Below are positions 15,142 through 29,704 of a stretch of DNA of 64,000 bases, piece by piece. The DNA is from Tubiluchus corallicola (Eukaryota; Animalia; Priapulida). Position 1 is the first letter of the stretch. Each line of letters begins with the position of its first letter. Under the pieces are notes generated by a model that did not search any database, was not told where the DNA came from, and saw only the letters and a list, made by a program, of their open reading frames with translations. The stretch spans positions 248,001 through 312,000 of the forward strand of contig JAQGDQ010000243.1 in NCBI GenBank assembly GCA_030141605.1, given 5' to 3'. Position numbers and translations under genes: made by a program.

Positions 15142-18100
15142 TCATGGTGGAATATTTTCTTTATTATCGTCGAACATGTAATCTCTTAATTGCTTTTGCG
15201 GCACATTTCTGTTTCTTCGCAATCTTTGGTAAAATCGTAGCACATTTGGATTTGCTTGGACGCAAGTGCCGTCAAAATCTAGTACTCTCAACCCTTGCAA
15301 ACAGCTAGCACGAGATAAGGCAACGTACGCCTGCCCACTTTCAAACACCCTCGACAAGGACAACTCAACACAGTCTAGAGTCATACCCTGCAATAAAAAC
15401 GTATTTAGTTAATATAAATCTTAAGACCAACCAATAACTACATACCAGCATCTGTTAGGACAGACCGCCTATGAAGGAAAGTGGTGCCTGTGAAACACAA
15501 CACGATTCGCTGGTGATCTTGGTGATCTTATATATAACATTCTTTCTTGTACAAAAGAAAAGAGTACATAATTAGGATAGTTGTACGTAAAATTGTCCTT
15601 GTCAGTTTTGTTACACAGTCAACTGCTAGCAGTTTTTTCCTCTATAGATACTGGTGAGTATAGTAACATGTAATATGAAGCCAGAATATGTCGTGACGCT
15701 AAAGTTGTCGCTGGGGTGTTTTTGGGAGAGCCAACAACCGACATTGGCAGGTTTATCAGACTGTTTTTGAAGTTGCGATGTTCATGTTAAACAGATGAAA
15801 TCAATGGATGAAAACATGGTTTAACTTCGCAATCCGTATTTTACTCAAAATCATAGTCTCATAGTCAATCCACATATACAAGAATATGGTAAACATAATT
15901 AACAGCAGTAAACAAAAGTTAAAGTAAATCCATCATCCAATATATCAGCCCATATGGCACCTGAGTCAAAACGTTATTATAACCACACAACTGTTTAAGT
16001 CTATTGCTTGCCCTCTAATCTTGCTACCAAGTGTGAAAAACTACTACATTCACAGAGAAGCCCAGTAACCCAGTTCCATACAAACATATAGCAGTAGCAA
16101 GTGCATACATATACTGGAAGCTTCCAAGTGTACAAACAGATGTCAACACTGACTTAGTGGTAATGAAAAACTAAAGTTTAAAACTACAAATCAAAATTAA
16201 TAATAAACTGTAAATTAAATGCTCGCATCTGCGACAAGTATATGCAGTTGTAACAAACAAATTGGAATAGGAAAGGGTAATGAGTGACAACACTATATGG
16301 ATGAACATATTGTTGTGGTCTGTTTTTTCAATTTAACGCCAACAAAATTCTCTAGCCAACTTCTGACAATTTGAATCTTTCAAAAATAAGAGAAAAGTGC
16401 TTCTCAATGCACAAACTCTGAAGCAACTTTTAAGAGTATGTCTCGGGATCTCATAGTAACCGCTGTGCCAAGCACCAACAAATGAAATATGCCTGAGTAT
16501 GGCCAACAAGCAACGAAATATGCTTAACTATATGGTGAGCATAGATCTGTCACACCACAAATCTGTGCAAGCAGGACTTCTGAAGGTGGCTTTTTTGTGT
16601 CAGTCTGTAGATAATGGATTGATTAACGGGATTGATATTAAAAATGGATTCTTATTAACAATTGTGTCTCAGGTGCAGGGAATGAAGACATTTAATCACT
16701 AACGCAAAATGGCAGAGCAAAGCAAAATCAACAGTAAGTTGAAAATTAGATATCTTTCAGTCGGGTACTGGATAATACACACAATGGTAAGGGCACAATT
16801 AAGTAAAATCTTTATATTTTTTATTTTGTCCTTAGCCTTTTCTAACAAAATAGTAAAACTTTGGCAAAGATGTTAAAACACTAAAAAGATCTTATTTTAG
16901 CAAAAGAGCTGCCATAGAAGGAACTGCTGCATGGATGACATGCATGTATGGTATTCTATGACATAAAATTCTCAAATTTAAATCCTGAAAACGTTTTGAA
17001 AAAACTTCAAAAAAAGTCCACGAGATATATAAATTATGAACACGTCTCGGCCCTCCACACATATATAGTTACCTGCCCCTATCATGGATAACATTGTGCA
17101 CGAAAGCAGCAAAGATGTTTGGAATAATGAAGACTAATACTGAAATAATGTATAAATAGATTTTTCACTTAGCAGAAGAGAACACACAGAAATGCAGCAG
17201 TGCCACAGGCCACACTTTGCTTTTTACGTTCTTCTTTTTCTTTCTGTTTTGTGTAAAACAGAAACTTTATAAAGTGCGCTGTACTTGACATTTAAGTAAT
17301 TTTGTGGTAGGATAAGCTCTAATAGACTTTACAAGTAAGAGTACTAAGTGTGAGCATTATGGGAAATCTGTTTATTCATGGATAATCTGATTTGTTATAT
17401 GTTGCAGGAGTCTGTTCAGTAAAAGCCCAGTTATGAATATGCTGATTGCTCTAATATGGAATACCCAAACCTGTGTTTATGTCATAGTCCTTCTTTACTG
17501 TTGTGGAGATCGCTGGCATTTATTAAAATTAAATAGAACATTGTAGAATGTTCCGTTAGAATAATCGTCTTACCTTGTAGAATGTTCTAGAAAGAAACAT
17601 CTAGAATGTTCGATGGCACCCTATATAAGGCGAAGCAGGCCGCTGAGACGGACACACACAGATTCGCATGGATGCCACTTACACATACTCTTGTATACTT
17701 ATATTTTCAGATACACTTAAACGTTTTCCAGATTTTCACGTTTACTATAAACATTTCGTGTTCCTTCATACTTTTGTGTTGTAGAATTCTCGCTAAATAA
17801 ACTCGTTTAATTTGACGACGTGTTTTCTGGTTTTCTCTACGAGCCTTCCAAGAGAAACAAAACACAACATTTACTGCACAATTCTTGCATAAATTTACTA
17901 TTCAGAAGCTACATTCTTGACTGTTGTGATCACTGCAGTCTAAACCTATTAAGAATCAGTATAACATACCTTATAATTCCATTGGAAACATTATCCCGCC
18001 ATTACCCCCACCGTTTATGCAGTTATGACACGATCATGAACAATGTCATGCTTAGCTACGTAACTCTGCTACATACCTGGCTTTTGTGTATAGATATAGC

Positions 18101-21100
18101 CCATGCCAGTTTAAGTGGAATCTGCTTGCGAGTAAGCAGGACTCCTGCACCAGCCCTGCACGTCCAACGTTCATACTTCATCAGCTGTTCTATCCCACTA
18201 ATAAATTTAACTTTTGGCAGACCTATATAGCAAGCAAAAAAGTTAGTTATAGCCACTGTCACGCAATATACTGTAAAAATCTTGTGCATCTACTGTAAAA
18301 ACTGCAAACAAAGAATTCAGAAAATAAGCTGTAAATGTACATTTCTTCTCAATGGTAAAAACAAAAGCAATAAAATATCCGTTAAGTACGAAGTTTGCTA
18401 ACTTACATACATGTATTAAGCAAAGTTAGTTTGGCTTTTACTCCACCTTGCAGTGATATATGTGAGTTTTAAATTGAGGTAAGAACTAAAATCGTACAAA
18501 TTAATGACATTAATGTGACAAGACTATTGTCATTGCATTGTACAAGAACAACATAATATAACAGCTACAGAAATTATACAGCAATTAATACAAAATTTAC
18601 TTGTTGTTCATTAGTTGCTAACTTGCTACATAAGAAATGAAGATGGAACCAACTTAAACGGTAAATTAAGAAAAGTTTTTCACTCGCGTATGTTACGAGG
18701 ATGCCGCCATGTTGGGCATTCTTCCTGGCGCTTGCTAGATTTGAACCACACCGCTTACTCGTGCTAGTCACACGTCTTCGATATTTTTTATATGCATGAT
18801 ATCATCGGATGAACTGACCTCAATAATTACCAGTTAAACGGTTAGTTAAAAAGCCTAACACGGGTTTCCTAACAGTAAAGGAAAATCCTGGAAAATACAG
18901 ACTATCCTGGAAAGTGATGGAAAAGTCAGGGAAAAGATAATTTGGTAAAAAGTCAGGGACAATTATGAAAATGGAGCGAAAAGGCAGGGAAATTTGAAAG
19001 GATTACAAAAAAAACATCATGAATATTTTTCTAAATTTATTTTCCCGTGTGATTCGTGTGAAAACAAAATTTTATTTTAAGTACGAGCAACATGTAGTAC
19101 CTTCCGGACTGGGACCAAATCCAGTCACAACACCACGCGCTCCATTGACCAAACCTTGCTGCACATCCAGATTTTTTGCTAGCATCACCTGTGCTCCAAC
19201 TTTCAGTGTTAAGCTTTGAACTACTGGACATAGTTTATCCATGTGAGCAGCAAGGTTAGGATCGCTGTCTGTTGCAGTGAAAATGCGAGAATCTCCTAAA
19301 AAAATTCAATTTGATTATTAAACATTCCTAACAAAATTCATAATAAGTTCACCAATGAGTAAAAAAACTTAAAACACATTTTCTACTATAGAAGCTCATG
19401 CTTGAGATACGGTGATTGTGAGAGACTACTACTTCATGATGCCCAAAGTCAAAAAATTCATGTTTGAGTTGCTTTATTACGTTTTATCTATAAGAAAAAT
19501 CATAACAAAATATAAAAAACTAATTTGAGCCAAAAAGGAAACAAAGAAATTAATAATAAAGTGAGACTGAATGATCAAAATAAACTTACATCATGGCTCT
19601 ACTACTCTTGACAAATGAATTGTTTAACAGAGACAAACAAAAACAACAACAACGACAACAGCAGCAGCAGCAACAACAACAACAACAGCAACAACAACTC
19701 TCTTAGAAAAGAACAGACTGCCAACTAGCCAGGTAAACTAGCTCTGTCAGTAGAGCATGACAAAAAGAAGCCAAGTCAAGACATAAATACATGAATGCAG
19801 TTAAAAAGGACAGTATAGGGGGGTTTATAGAATGAGAAAACACTGAAGTAATAAAATAACCTAAAATCCTTTACACTGATTGCTGAATCTATATCTGTAG
19901 TTTTGCCTACGGAAAAAGAAAACTTATTTTTGTCTACATGCTTGTAAAGCAACAGTAAAATTGACAGACACACTTATTATACAATCTGATGTGAATATCA
20001 CGACGAATACCACGCATGGCGAATATCAAAATCGAACAAATATTGGAAAAGATAAGTCTTCATAATTTAAAATTTTTGCACCATTTGCATCACGAGTTTT
20101 AACTGATGCCGGGACACAAAAATCAACACTATCAAAATAACTTTACAATATGTTTGCACCATTAGCTCATAACAGGTTCAAGAAAAACAATGCAAATATT
20201 CGTATATCGTGAGCAGGCTAAACTGGCCAATAAAAAACCACTCCCAAAACCTTTTCAAAAAGCAGTCCCAGTGGCTAATTTCATATTAAGATAACATATA
20301 TATTAAGGATATCATATTAAGAATAATATATATATATATATCCTTAATTAAGAGATTAGCTAGGCATTAACTATATACATTTGATGTACAAGAAAATTTG
20401 AATTTGAGATGGTACGTTTCACTCAGACGTATTTTACATCAAATTATGAGTTTTTTTGTTGGAACACAACATAGCACTGCTTTATTTTAATACTGTATAT
20501 CTTTCAGAAATGAGACTGCAAGCAAATTACGTTATATCATGGAGAGAGTCTTTAAACTCTATGAGTAAATTATCTTTTTATAGATAGTCAAACAGAATTT
20601 TGAAATGGAAACTTAGGAAATGTTAAGAATATTAAAGACAGAAAGGCTTTGACAAAATTTAGAACTCATCATTTGGCTGTTGAAATTGGTAGATATTTAA
20701 GACCACCTATTCCATGTGAAAATCGAGTTTGTAGTGTCTGCAGTGTTGTAGAATATGAATGCCATTTTTTATTGTACTGCTCAAGAAATAATGTTGCACA
20801 TAACTTTATGTTGAACACAGTTTCTCAGTATGTTCCTACTTTTAATGCTTTAACTGAAAATGAAAAACTGTTTTGTTTGATGCAACCACAAAACACTGTA
20901 ATACAATGTGCAGTGGCAAAATTTATCTGAAAATGCATGTAATCTATTATATGAAATATTTATTACTGTTTTGATCGGTGCTGTGGCCGTATGTTAATAA
21001 ACTATCTATTTATCTATCTATCTATGTAGCAAAAACTATAGGGAATGTACATTAACAAACTAATCTATCTATCTATGTAGCAAAAACTATAGGGAAACGT

Positions 21101-24100
21101 ACATTAATAAACTAATCTATCTATCTATGTAGCAAAAACTATAGAGAAACGTACATTAATAAACTAATCTATCTATCTATCTATGTAGCAAAAATATAGG
21201 GAAACTTGTAGAACACCACAATGCAGGCCAAAATAGGAGAAAAAACAGAATCTTCGGTTTGTAAATCTTGATTAAAATACCTTCGAGTTTTCTCAAGTGT
21301 AAAATATTAAGCTCATCAACATCTTCTCTATGAGTGCACAATCTAGTTGCTTGTACACCATTCCTGCCTATTCTGTGCTTGGATGTCTCCTGCAGTTTTA
21401 AAACCATTTCCGGTGGACACCTATAATACAATTAGAAATTTGCACGTTTAAGAGCTGCACTCCAAAAAGTCCACTCTGTCATAACAAAATATAAAGAAAG
21501 AAATCCTGATATTTCACAAAACTCGAACTTTTTATCTCCTGACTGTTTGAATGATTCTGATTGCCTGCTTGCTCCATTCACAAAATCATTCTATTACGGC
21601 AAAATAAATATAAATACAGGAATTGGCTTCTAACGTCTTGACCATTTTCTCACACAAATATGTAATAAAATTCACTCTTTCCCTATTTTCTGTTCAACTT
21701 TTCCGTTTTACTACATTTGCAGCATTTTAATGCATTTTCTGTAATAGTATTTGCAGTACGTTACTTTTTTAAAACATTTGCAGTGTTTTCTCAAGGTTGA
21801 GTAAAAATAAAATCAATCGAATCAAAGTAGTCACCAGAGAAAAACACCATGCTGGGGCAACCTGCCACACACACGTCCTAAATTGTCTAACCCTAAGACA
21901 CCTCTAGCCACTTCAATGTCACATCTTACACGATTAATGAACGCAATCAATCTTTAGTAAATATTTATTGTCCAAGCACTACGGCCACATCAGTGACTAT
22001 TTCAGAGGTATCTACAACTTCAGCCACATCAGTGACTATTTCAGAGGTATCTACAACTTCAGCCACATCAGTGACTATTTCAGAAGTATCTACAATGTAG
22101 ATAAAGCTGTTTGACAGAAACGTTCATTATGATATTAGTTTTATGGCGGCTAAATCACAACCATGTAATTTAAGCAAGCTCTCTGTTGATTGCTGATTAG
22201 CTTCAACTATGCTGGGATGCATAAAAAATAATACCCACGAGCTTCTGTAACACAGCCAGGTAATTAATGAATGCATAAAAATAATAGCATTTTTAGTAGT
22301 AATTATTTATTTGAAAACATAACGGCTTTCTTGTCCCAATCAAAATTTATTGCTTTGTATTCATAACTTAAAAATATATTAACATGCACAACCACGTTTA
22401 GTAATGCAAAAGTGACAATATTTACAAAAAGTTAAATCAAACAACCAGTCTAACGAAAAGGCTTCCTGAATTGCTATAAACTATATAGATAATGCACTGT
22501 TTGTATTTGACTAAATGTCTATAATGATGCTCTAATAGTAGAATATTTTAACAAAAACAGTTTAAGCATTTGAGTATTTCTTGTTAATAATACTTACCTT
22601 CCAATGCGTATGTGATTAAGAATGTTAATAAAAGCAGGATCCGACTGACGTTTAACTGCCCTGAGTTCCAAGCTAATATCTATGCAGCTGTTCCAAGCTT
22701 CTGACTGTGAACGAAAGTGAAGGACATATTAAACTTTTTACAGTTATTTAGAGTGAATCCATTCAGTCATCCAACACCCAAGGAGTCACTTTTAGAGAAG
22801 AAAATAACGGTGTTTATCATTGCGAAATCCCTGCGCAATGATGTCTCTTGTGATATCAAGTGCTCTTCATCAGACACCCGTCAAAGCTTGAGAAATCTCT
22901 TGATGTTTTACATTTACACACTAGGGGTGAGCATCGAACGCTCAAATTTGATTCGAATCCAAAACTATAGATTCGAATAATTCAGCACTTCAATCACGTA
23001 TCTTCCTGATCACTAAAACGATTGAAACATCGTGCAATTAGTATAATTTAGTTGTGATTTCTGCACACAATTTTAAACAAATTACTAGTCGTTTTATTGC
23101 AGAACAAAATCTAGTGATACACATGATCTTTGTAAGACTAATTTTTGCTGGTGGTTCGAAAACTTGTTCGAAAATCGATTCAATCTCAATTCGAATTCGA
23201 AACACTGAAGTTCGGTTCGATTCAAATTCGAAAGTTACTGAAATTCGGTTTGATTCGAATTCGCTTTCTGGTAGAGAATGGTCACTCCTATTACACACTG
23301 GAGTACAAAATAGTGTTAAAGCCAAGCATGCTGTACAAAATGGGAAAAAATTCGAATATTCAAATTTCTCACTTCTAAGCTAAGAGCGTACCAGTTTCAA
23401 TGTACACTGCACATTGTATGTTCGAGCTTCCAATTTCTGAACAAAACACGATATTAAAACAGCAACACTGAGTGCAAGATACAAAAGAATACTAGACAGA
23501 GCATTTACTTTATCAGAAATAACCTACTTGAAAGCAGAAGTTTTTCTTCATTCCACCCTTTGTCACAGGTGGAAGCTGGAGAAAATCACCACAGAGAATG
23601 AGTTGGATGCCACCAAATGGGCTGTCATTCTTTTTTACGACACGGGCGATGCATTCTAGCTTGTCGAAGAATTCTCCATCTACCATTGAAATCTCATCGA
23701 TAATTAGATGGTGGCATCTGAAACAACAAGGCAAATAATAATTAAATTTAAAGTGTTAAGTTCAAAAGTTTTGGCCAGCTTGCAGATCAAAGCAAATACT
23801 TACAGCTTCAAAGGCACAGAATAGCATATAATGCCCTTCAAATACATATATCAACAAATAAAGTAAATAAAATGCTTAAACAGCCTTCATACAGTACGTT
23901 ATAATAACTTTATGTAACAATATTTGTTAACTATGGTATGGCCGCAATGCTCAAGGATATGCTACAAAATACAGTCAATAGACCAAATATCATAAAATCT
24001 ATAAATTTTGTAATAGCTTTTATGCTAGTGAAATTCTAATGATCTCTTTGTCTGTAAAATATTTTTAAAACTAATGTTTGCATTATAACTTACTTTTAAG

Positions 24101-26703
24101 AGTAATCTGTATTTACATTATAACTCATTTTAGGAGAAATTTGCATTAACAAGATTTACAGACATGTACTATCCTGAAAAAATGCACTATTCTTATTCTA
24201 TTTCCCCAAACAGTGATAAATCTATAAGTTAGCTTGTTTTCAACAAAGCTAAACTTTATTTATAGTTCCAAATAATTAAATCTCACACTGGTAAGGCATT
24301 TAAAAAAAAAACAGTAGGCTACTGCTGACAAGTTGGCAACATTTACTAAACCTACTAAAGTAATTTCCTCGGTAAATGAAAACTGAAAATGTAATTTAAA
24401 ACATGTAAATGTCATAAATGAAACATGTTACAATTATTTAAATGTAATTAACTAGTGATGAGACTCACTTGCGCCATTGCTGGATCACTCCCGGCCTCTG
24501 TGCAAGCTGAATGCATTGTTCTAAAGATCCTTTACCTGAACCAATACCTATACAACACAGCAAAAACGTTTTCCAATACAATGACACCAATTAACAGCAT
24601 AAATGTCTCACTTTACGAATCTATGAAGAATCCACTGTATACGCTTTACGTAGGCCAGGCTTAGTTGATATAAAATAGCTTTAATAAGTAATTACACGTT
24701 CATCAATTTTTGCAGAATAAATCTCAATGTATTAACCATCTTCACTATCAAAAGTTTTTTAACTGCAAATTTAACTTATAAATTGAATTAATATATAAAA
24801 CAAAAATATAAAATGATTATATTATATGTCAGCATTCTATGTTTAAAATTAAAACATATAATCTAGTAATTAACATTGGTATAAAGTAACATAGTGTAGC
24901 AGAATACTATCATTTCACAATGACAAGCAGCACCTAAAATATTACAATAATTTGAAGCAATATGCAATAGCTCTAAAAACAAAAATCTGTTTGACTTACC
25001 TGCAAAAGAATGAAGAGTAATTCCACCAATGTGGCAAGCAGCAATGCCAGTGCTAGCTGTAGCAAATGTATGGTTAGGAGGTAGTGCCCCAAGGATTCTC
25101 TTCAATAGAAATGACTTACCAGTACCTGCACTACCCGTAAAGAAGACGTTCTTGCCAGACATAACTGCTTCTAGTACCTAATAAACCAGTTTTATATACA
25201 CATGTGACAATTTCTGCAGAGAATGTCAAAACCACTAAACTCTGAATTTCTCTGGGTATCTTAAAAAATTAATTACATCATCCCCATTTGATTAGCTGAT
25301 TGTTCACAGTTATTTGCAAGGTTCTCAAAGCAAGATACATAACTTACACCGAAACTCTGAAAATTGTAAATTTATGTAAGGATCTAAAAAACTAAACTCT
25401 TTAAATATCAGTATTGCAGGTCCTGTGTCAGTGGCTCCTAGATCAAGGAAGCCATCAAATAAAAAAGAATTGAATCATAGCTAATTTCACCGTAAACCTT
25501 CAGAAACAAGGCACAGAAAGTGGATATGAATCATTTAATCATATATTTAACTAGTTACCTGTTTTTGTTCTATTGTCAAGACAGTTGGAATCTTCGTAAC
25601 CGCAGGCTTCTTGACAGGAACCTGAATAAATACAGAATTTGAAATTTCAACAATTAATTGACTAAATATTTTACAGTTTTTCAATTACAAAACAAAAACA
25701 TTCACCCTAAATTATGATGCCATATGTTGCATAATTTCACCAGTAGTGGTCAAATGGAGAGGGATTAGTAAAAAAATATAATTTTTAATAATTCGGAGAA
25801 CTGCACCAAATGCCAATAAGCCACCATAACATCAAAAAGTTGATACATACCATGAACCCTAGTGAACATTACTGAGTAGCAAAACCAGACAAATTATTAT
25901 TATTATTATTAAGGATTTAACAAACAGTGATACGATTTGTCTCTTCAATGAAAAACTTTCTACTACGTGATAAAAGAACTTGCTTGAATTTCTTAACAGG
26001 TGACCAGCTGTTACAATTGTTGCATTCAGAACTTACTGTGGGAGCTTAAATTTGCAACACAGCAAAATGACAGGTAAAATTATAAAAAATTTTGGCGAGT
26101 TTTTTAAGCCGCATTTGCTGATCTTTGTACTTTAAATGAACACAGATTCGTAAATTATACCAAGTTTTGTGAATCAAGTTTTCGCTTCAACCCACGAGAA
26201 TCCAGTTTCTTTGGTACATTCTGCTCCTTCAGTGCAAGATCTGCCTGTTTTTCACGAACCTGTTCAACTTCTTTCAGACTCAAGGGACTGATCAAGTCAA
26301 ACGTCCTCTTTGCATCGGATTTCAACCTTGCCTTCATGGACACTCTTTTCCTGCTCTTCTGCAGCTCAAGTTTCGTTGATAAGCATCGAAGAAACATCAT
26401 CAGCCGATCCGGTGGACAATTGGCTAGCAGCAACTGTGTGTTCTTCTTTCCAATTTTAATTGCCGCGCGCCCATCTTTGGCAAACCTCTTGTGAATTGTG
26501 ATATTTTCCTCAATGGGATATTTTAAATTTGTCATACTGTTAGCTGTGGTCAGTTGTAAATAAATGTCATTGAATTCGTTGCGCATCAAAGTCAGACCAG
26601 CACTGCGATATAGTTGACTTTTCCTAGTTTCACCACTGTCAGCAAGTAACTCTATTGTTACAGAGCAATCAAGTTCGCCACACTGGCGCTTTGGTGTGTG
26701 CAT
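15142..26703 (-). CDS. PIF1: ATP-dependent 5'-3' DNA helicase PIF1
   Basis: Ten in-phase exons: 26703-26161, 25621-25559, 25177-25000, 24547-24469, 23717-23528, 22704-22598, 21420-21281, 19295-19101, 18222-18077, 15387-15142. Motifs: N-terminal PINT region, [60 protein letters not shown]. Confidence 0.97.
17499..17869 (+). mobile_element. Solo LTR (TGTTGTG...CACAACA), BEL/Pao-like, copy 1
   Basis: Short terminal inverted repeat, TATA (ctatataagg), AATAAA and 5-bp TSD tttac; homologous to 40810-41178 and 28822-29168. Confidence 0.85.
18858..18995. mobile_element. DNA-transposon end fragment with (gtcaggga/cctggaaa) subterminal repeats
   Basis: Repeated cctggaaa and aaagtcaggga motifs after cacgggtttcc. 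Confidence 0.4.
19640..19697. repeat. (AAC/AGC)n microsatellite
   Basis: Read directly from the sequence. Confidence 0.85.
20505..21025 (+). mobile_element. Non-LTR retrotransposon 3' end (CR1/L2-group ORF2 C-terminus), decayed
   Basis: [16 protein letters not shown]...[21 protein letters not shown] motif, followed by AATAAA and a (ctat)n tail. Confidence 0.75.
20993..21205. repeat. ~55-bp tandem repeat (about 4 copies) built from the LINE tail
   Basis: ctatctatctatgtagcaaaaactatagggaaacgtacattaataaactaat units. Confidence 0.8.
21984..22095. repeat. 39-bp tandem repeat x3
   Basis: gccacatcagtgactatttcagaggtatctacaacttca at 21984, 22023 and 22062. Confidence 0.9.
22922..23370. mobile_element. 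hAT-like MITE remnant with ATTCGAA subterminal repeats
   Basis: Starts TAGGGGTGAGC and contains many ttcgaa/attcga motifs; right end unclear. Confidence 0.55.
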
Positions 26704-28821
26704 ATCACTGTCTGTCTTCAGACAGTGTTGATGTACTAAAGTAGTTAGTAACTAACAGCAAGTGTTTGCTCAATGTTGTTGTTCTGGCTCAGTACCCAAT
26801 ATATATCTGTAATTATATGATTGATCAAACATTTATATACAAGACAAATTGTATATATTTGGAGCACGGATTCTAAAGTATAAATTTATATAACTAGAAA
26901 AGCAGGATAAGGAAAATCCACACTAACAATAAACAAGCAGAACTTTACTATTTCACTGTTTAGATAAGTATGCCACTAGGCCTAAATACATATTGAAAGG
27001 CTATATATAGTAAACTTTTAAACAATGTACAAAAGCAAATTTTCAACAAGGCAACATAAAGAACTCCAAGCCTTAAATTAAGTCAGACATGTTTTCTGAG
27101 AAAAAACTGCATTTAACATACAATGATTATAAACGAACACAGTACTAAAACTAAAGTAAAACTAAAAGCAAAACAAATCAATATTAGGTCTCACATACAC
27201 TTACATATTTACAATAGGACTTAACCTCAAAATTTTTAAACGTTGTGAAAACAGTTATGCTGGTAATCTGGACTTCATTTTGGCAATATCACGCCGATGA
27301 AGCAAGGGTGTGTACTCACCATGCCGAAGTTACACTAAACTATGGGCTGTATTCGATGAAGCATTTGGAATCACGATATTAATAAAAAGTTGAGATGTTA
27401 CCTGTTTGCAAACAGTAATTATAGTTATTTCTGATAATTAACCAGTAACGACTTTTTCAAACACAAAGATCAAAACCGCTCTCACATACACAAACGCTAG
27501 AAACGTAAAAGGCATTTAAATTTTGGCGTTGCGTTCCTTGAGCCATCTATGAACAGCTGACAAAACATTTTCAGAACAGTTTGGGTGGTGGTGCTGCCGC
27601 CTTGTGTACAAATTGATGAAATTAAACTATCTAGTTTAAACTAAATTAAACTAAACAGAATTTAATTGAATTAAAATCTCTGTAGTATTCAAATGTTTAA
27701 GAGTTTAGATATTTTAAGCTTGTCCGTGTAATTATATATTGCATAAAGTATAGTTCAATAATTGTTTTTTATTTTATTTTTTATAGACTTTGTGCTTCAC
27801 GTATTTATAAGTTTGGATTCGTAGTCCACATCAGCTCAAGAAACTTAAGTCGGCAGCAACTTCTCCGATCTCCACAGAAGAAGAAATCAGCATTACGGCA
27901 ACAAACTTTGATCACAGTTGTTTTACAACTCATTCATTATTATTTTATTCTTTATGAACTTTTATTCAAATAGCTGAAACAAATACTACTCAAGTCATTT
28001 TTTTCCTTTTCTTTCATTGCTGAAAAATACAACATTTAATTGTGATTTTGTATCAGTGTACATATATTTAATTAGTTAGCTAACTTATATATGTTAATAC
28101 AAATTATATTAAAAATGTTAATTATTATTATTACTAACACTGAAAATAATCTTTGAACAGAAGTTTTATGAATTAACTTTATATGTATGCAGTACTTGAC
28201 ATGTATGTACTATTTTGTTTTGCCAATGTACATTATAATTATGTATTTGAGCAATAAACTGAATCGAAATTGAATTGGTTTCGTTCTGACTTACACTTGA
28301 ATCAATTCCCCTTGTGATATCGGATCATTTATATACAACCATGTTAACTTACACACTTATGAAGACTCGGAAGTCAATAAAAATTAAAAACTAGTTCTAA
28401 CTTATTGTAATATCTAATATTATAATAAACCAACTACGAGGATGTCCACCATCAAACTTTTACGTTAAAATAAAAAAATCGATTATTATCACATGAATTT
28501 AGCAAAATTCAATCTTTTATTGATAAAATATTCAATAACCTTAAAACAAAATGTCAAAATCGCTTTTAATTTCTACATATGAAAAATGTAGAACTTAGAT
28601 TTATCTCTTTATCACAGTTAAGCATTTAACTACAAATACTATACAAAACAACGCGGCAAAAATTTTCATTTTTCCACGCGCAATGCACATATAAATTAAA
28701 TGAATTTATAATTAGGGTTACACTAAAACAAAGGCTAATTACATACACACAATTATCAATGTAAGAAGCACGTGAAAAATATGCTAGCATTTTGCACAAA
28801 CTTTAATTTCGAAAGACATAA

Positions 28822-29168
28822 TATTAGAATTAAATAGAACATTGTAGAATGTTCCGTTAGAATAATCATCTTACGGTGTAGAATATTCTAGAAAGACTCG
28901 TCTAGAATGTTCCCTGGCACCCTATATAAGGCGAAGCAGGCCGCTGACAGACACACACAAATTCGCACGGACACACACTTTTACATTCTCTTGTATACTT
29001 ACATTTTCAGATACACTCAAACGTTTTCGAGATTTTCACGCCTACTGTAAACATTTCGCGTTCCTTCATACTTTTGTATTGTAGAATTCTCGCTAAATAA
29101 ACTAGTTTAATTTGATGAAGTTTTTCTGGTTTTCTCTACGAGCCTTCCGACAGAAACAAAACACAACA
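28822..29168 (+). mobile_element. Solo LTR, 5'-truncated copy
   Basis: Aligns to 17499-17869 minus the first ~22 nt; ends cacaaca followed by attac. Confidence 0.8.
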
Positions 29169-29704
29169 ATTACATATAATTATGGAAATACAAAACATTG
29201 CAATTTGTATCATTCCTTATAAACGAAAGCAGATTGATCTTACAACACTTTGATCTTATAAAAATAAAAATAACGTATCAAAGGAATTCGTTTAAAACGA
29301 TTATGGCATACATATTTAACAAAAATATTTGACAGATTAAAAATTATATAGTAATTACAATCACCATGTGGTTTTTGCTGACATTATATGTATCACATGC
29401 ATTTTAAACAAATTTGTTTTAAACAAACATCACAAACATTTTCATTTTTTGCCTGATTTCCAAGCATTTCACAACATCATAATTCATGTATTCCAACCTA
29501 CATAGTAACTGGCGAACTATGAAACCCTAATATTAGTCTTTGATAAAATTTTAGATTAACATTCAAGAAAATCTACAGCTGGAAATGATAGACTCAAATA
29601 AAGATCTTTAACAACATGAAGTTAAAATTAAAAGAGCAAATATTCTACGTTAAATTAAAAAAAAACATAGAATAGCAATTACGTGCGGGAGATCAAACAC
29701 ATTT

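Noticed and set aside
16400-16720. Nested ORF in the last PIF1 intron
   Set aside because: Short with no recognisable motif; it may be a transposon relic but I cannot support that
23038-23383. ORFs rich in SIRIR/FESN
   Set aside because: Translation of ATTCGAA transposon subterminal repeats
15142-26703. Helitron-type PIF1 helicase
   Set aside because: It has the cellular PINT N-terminus and ten canonical exons, and no Rep/HUH domain
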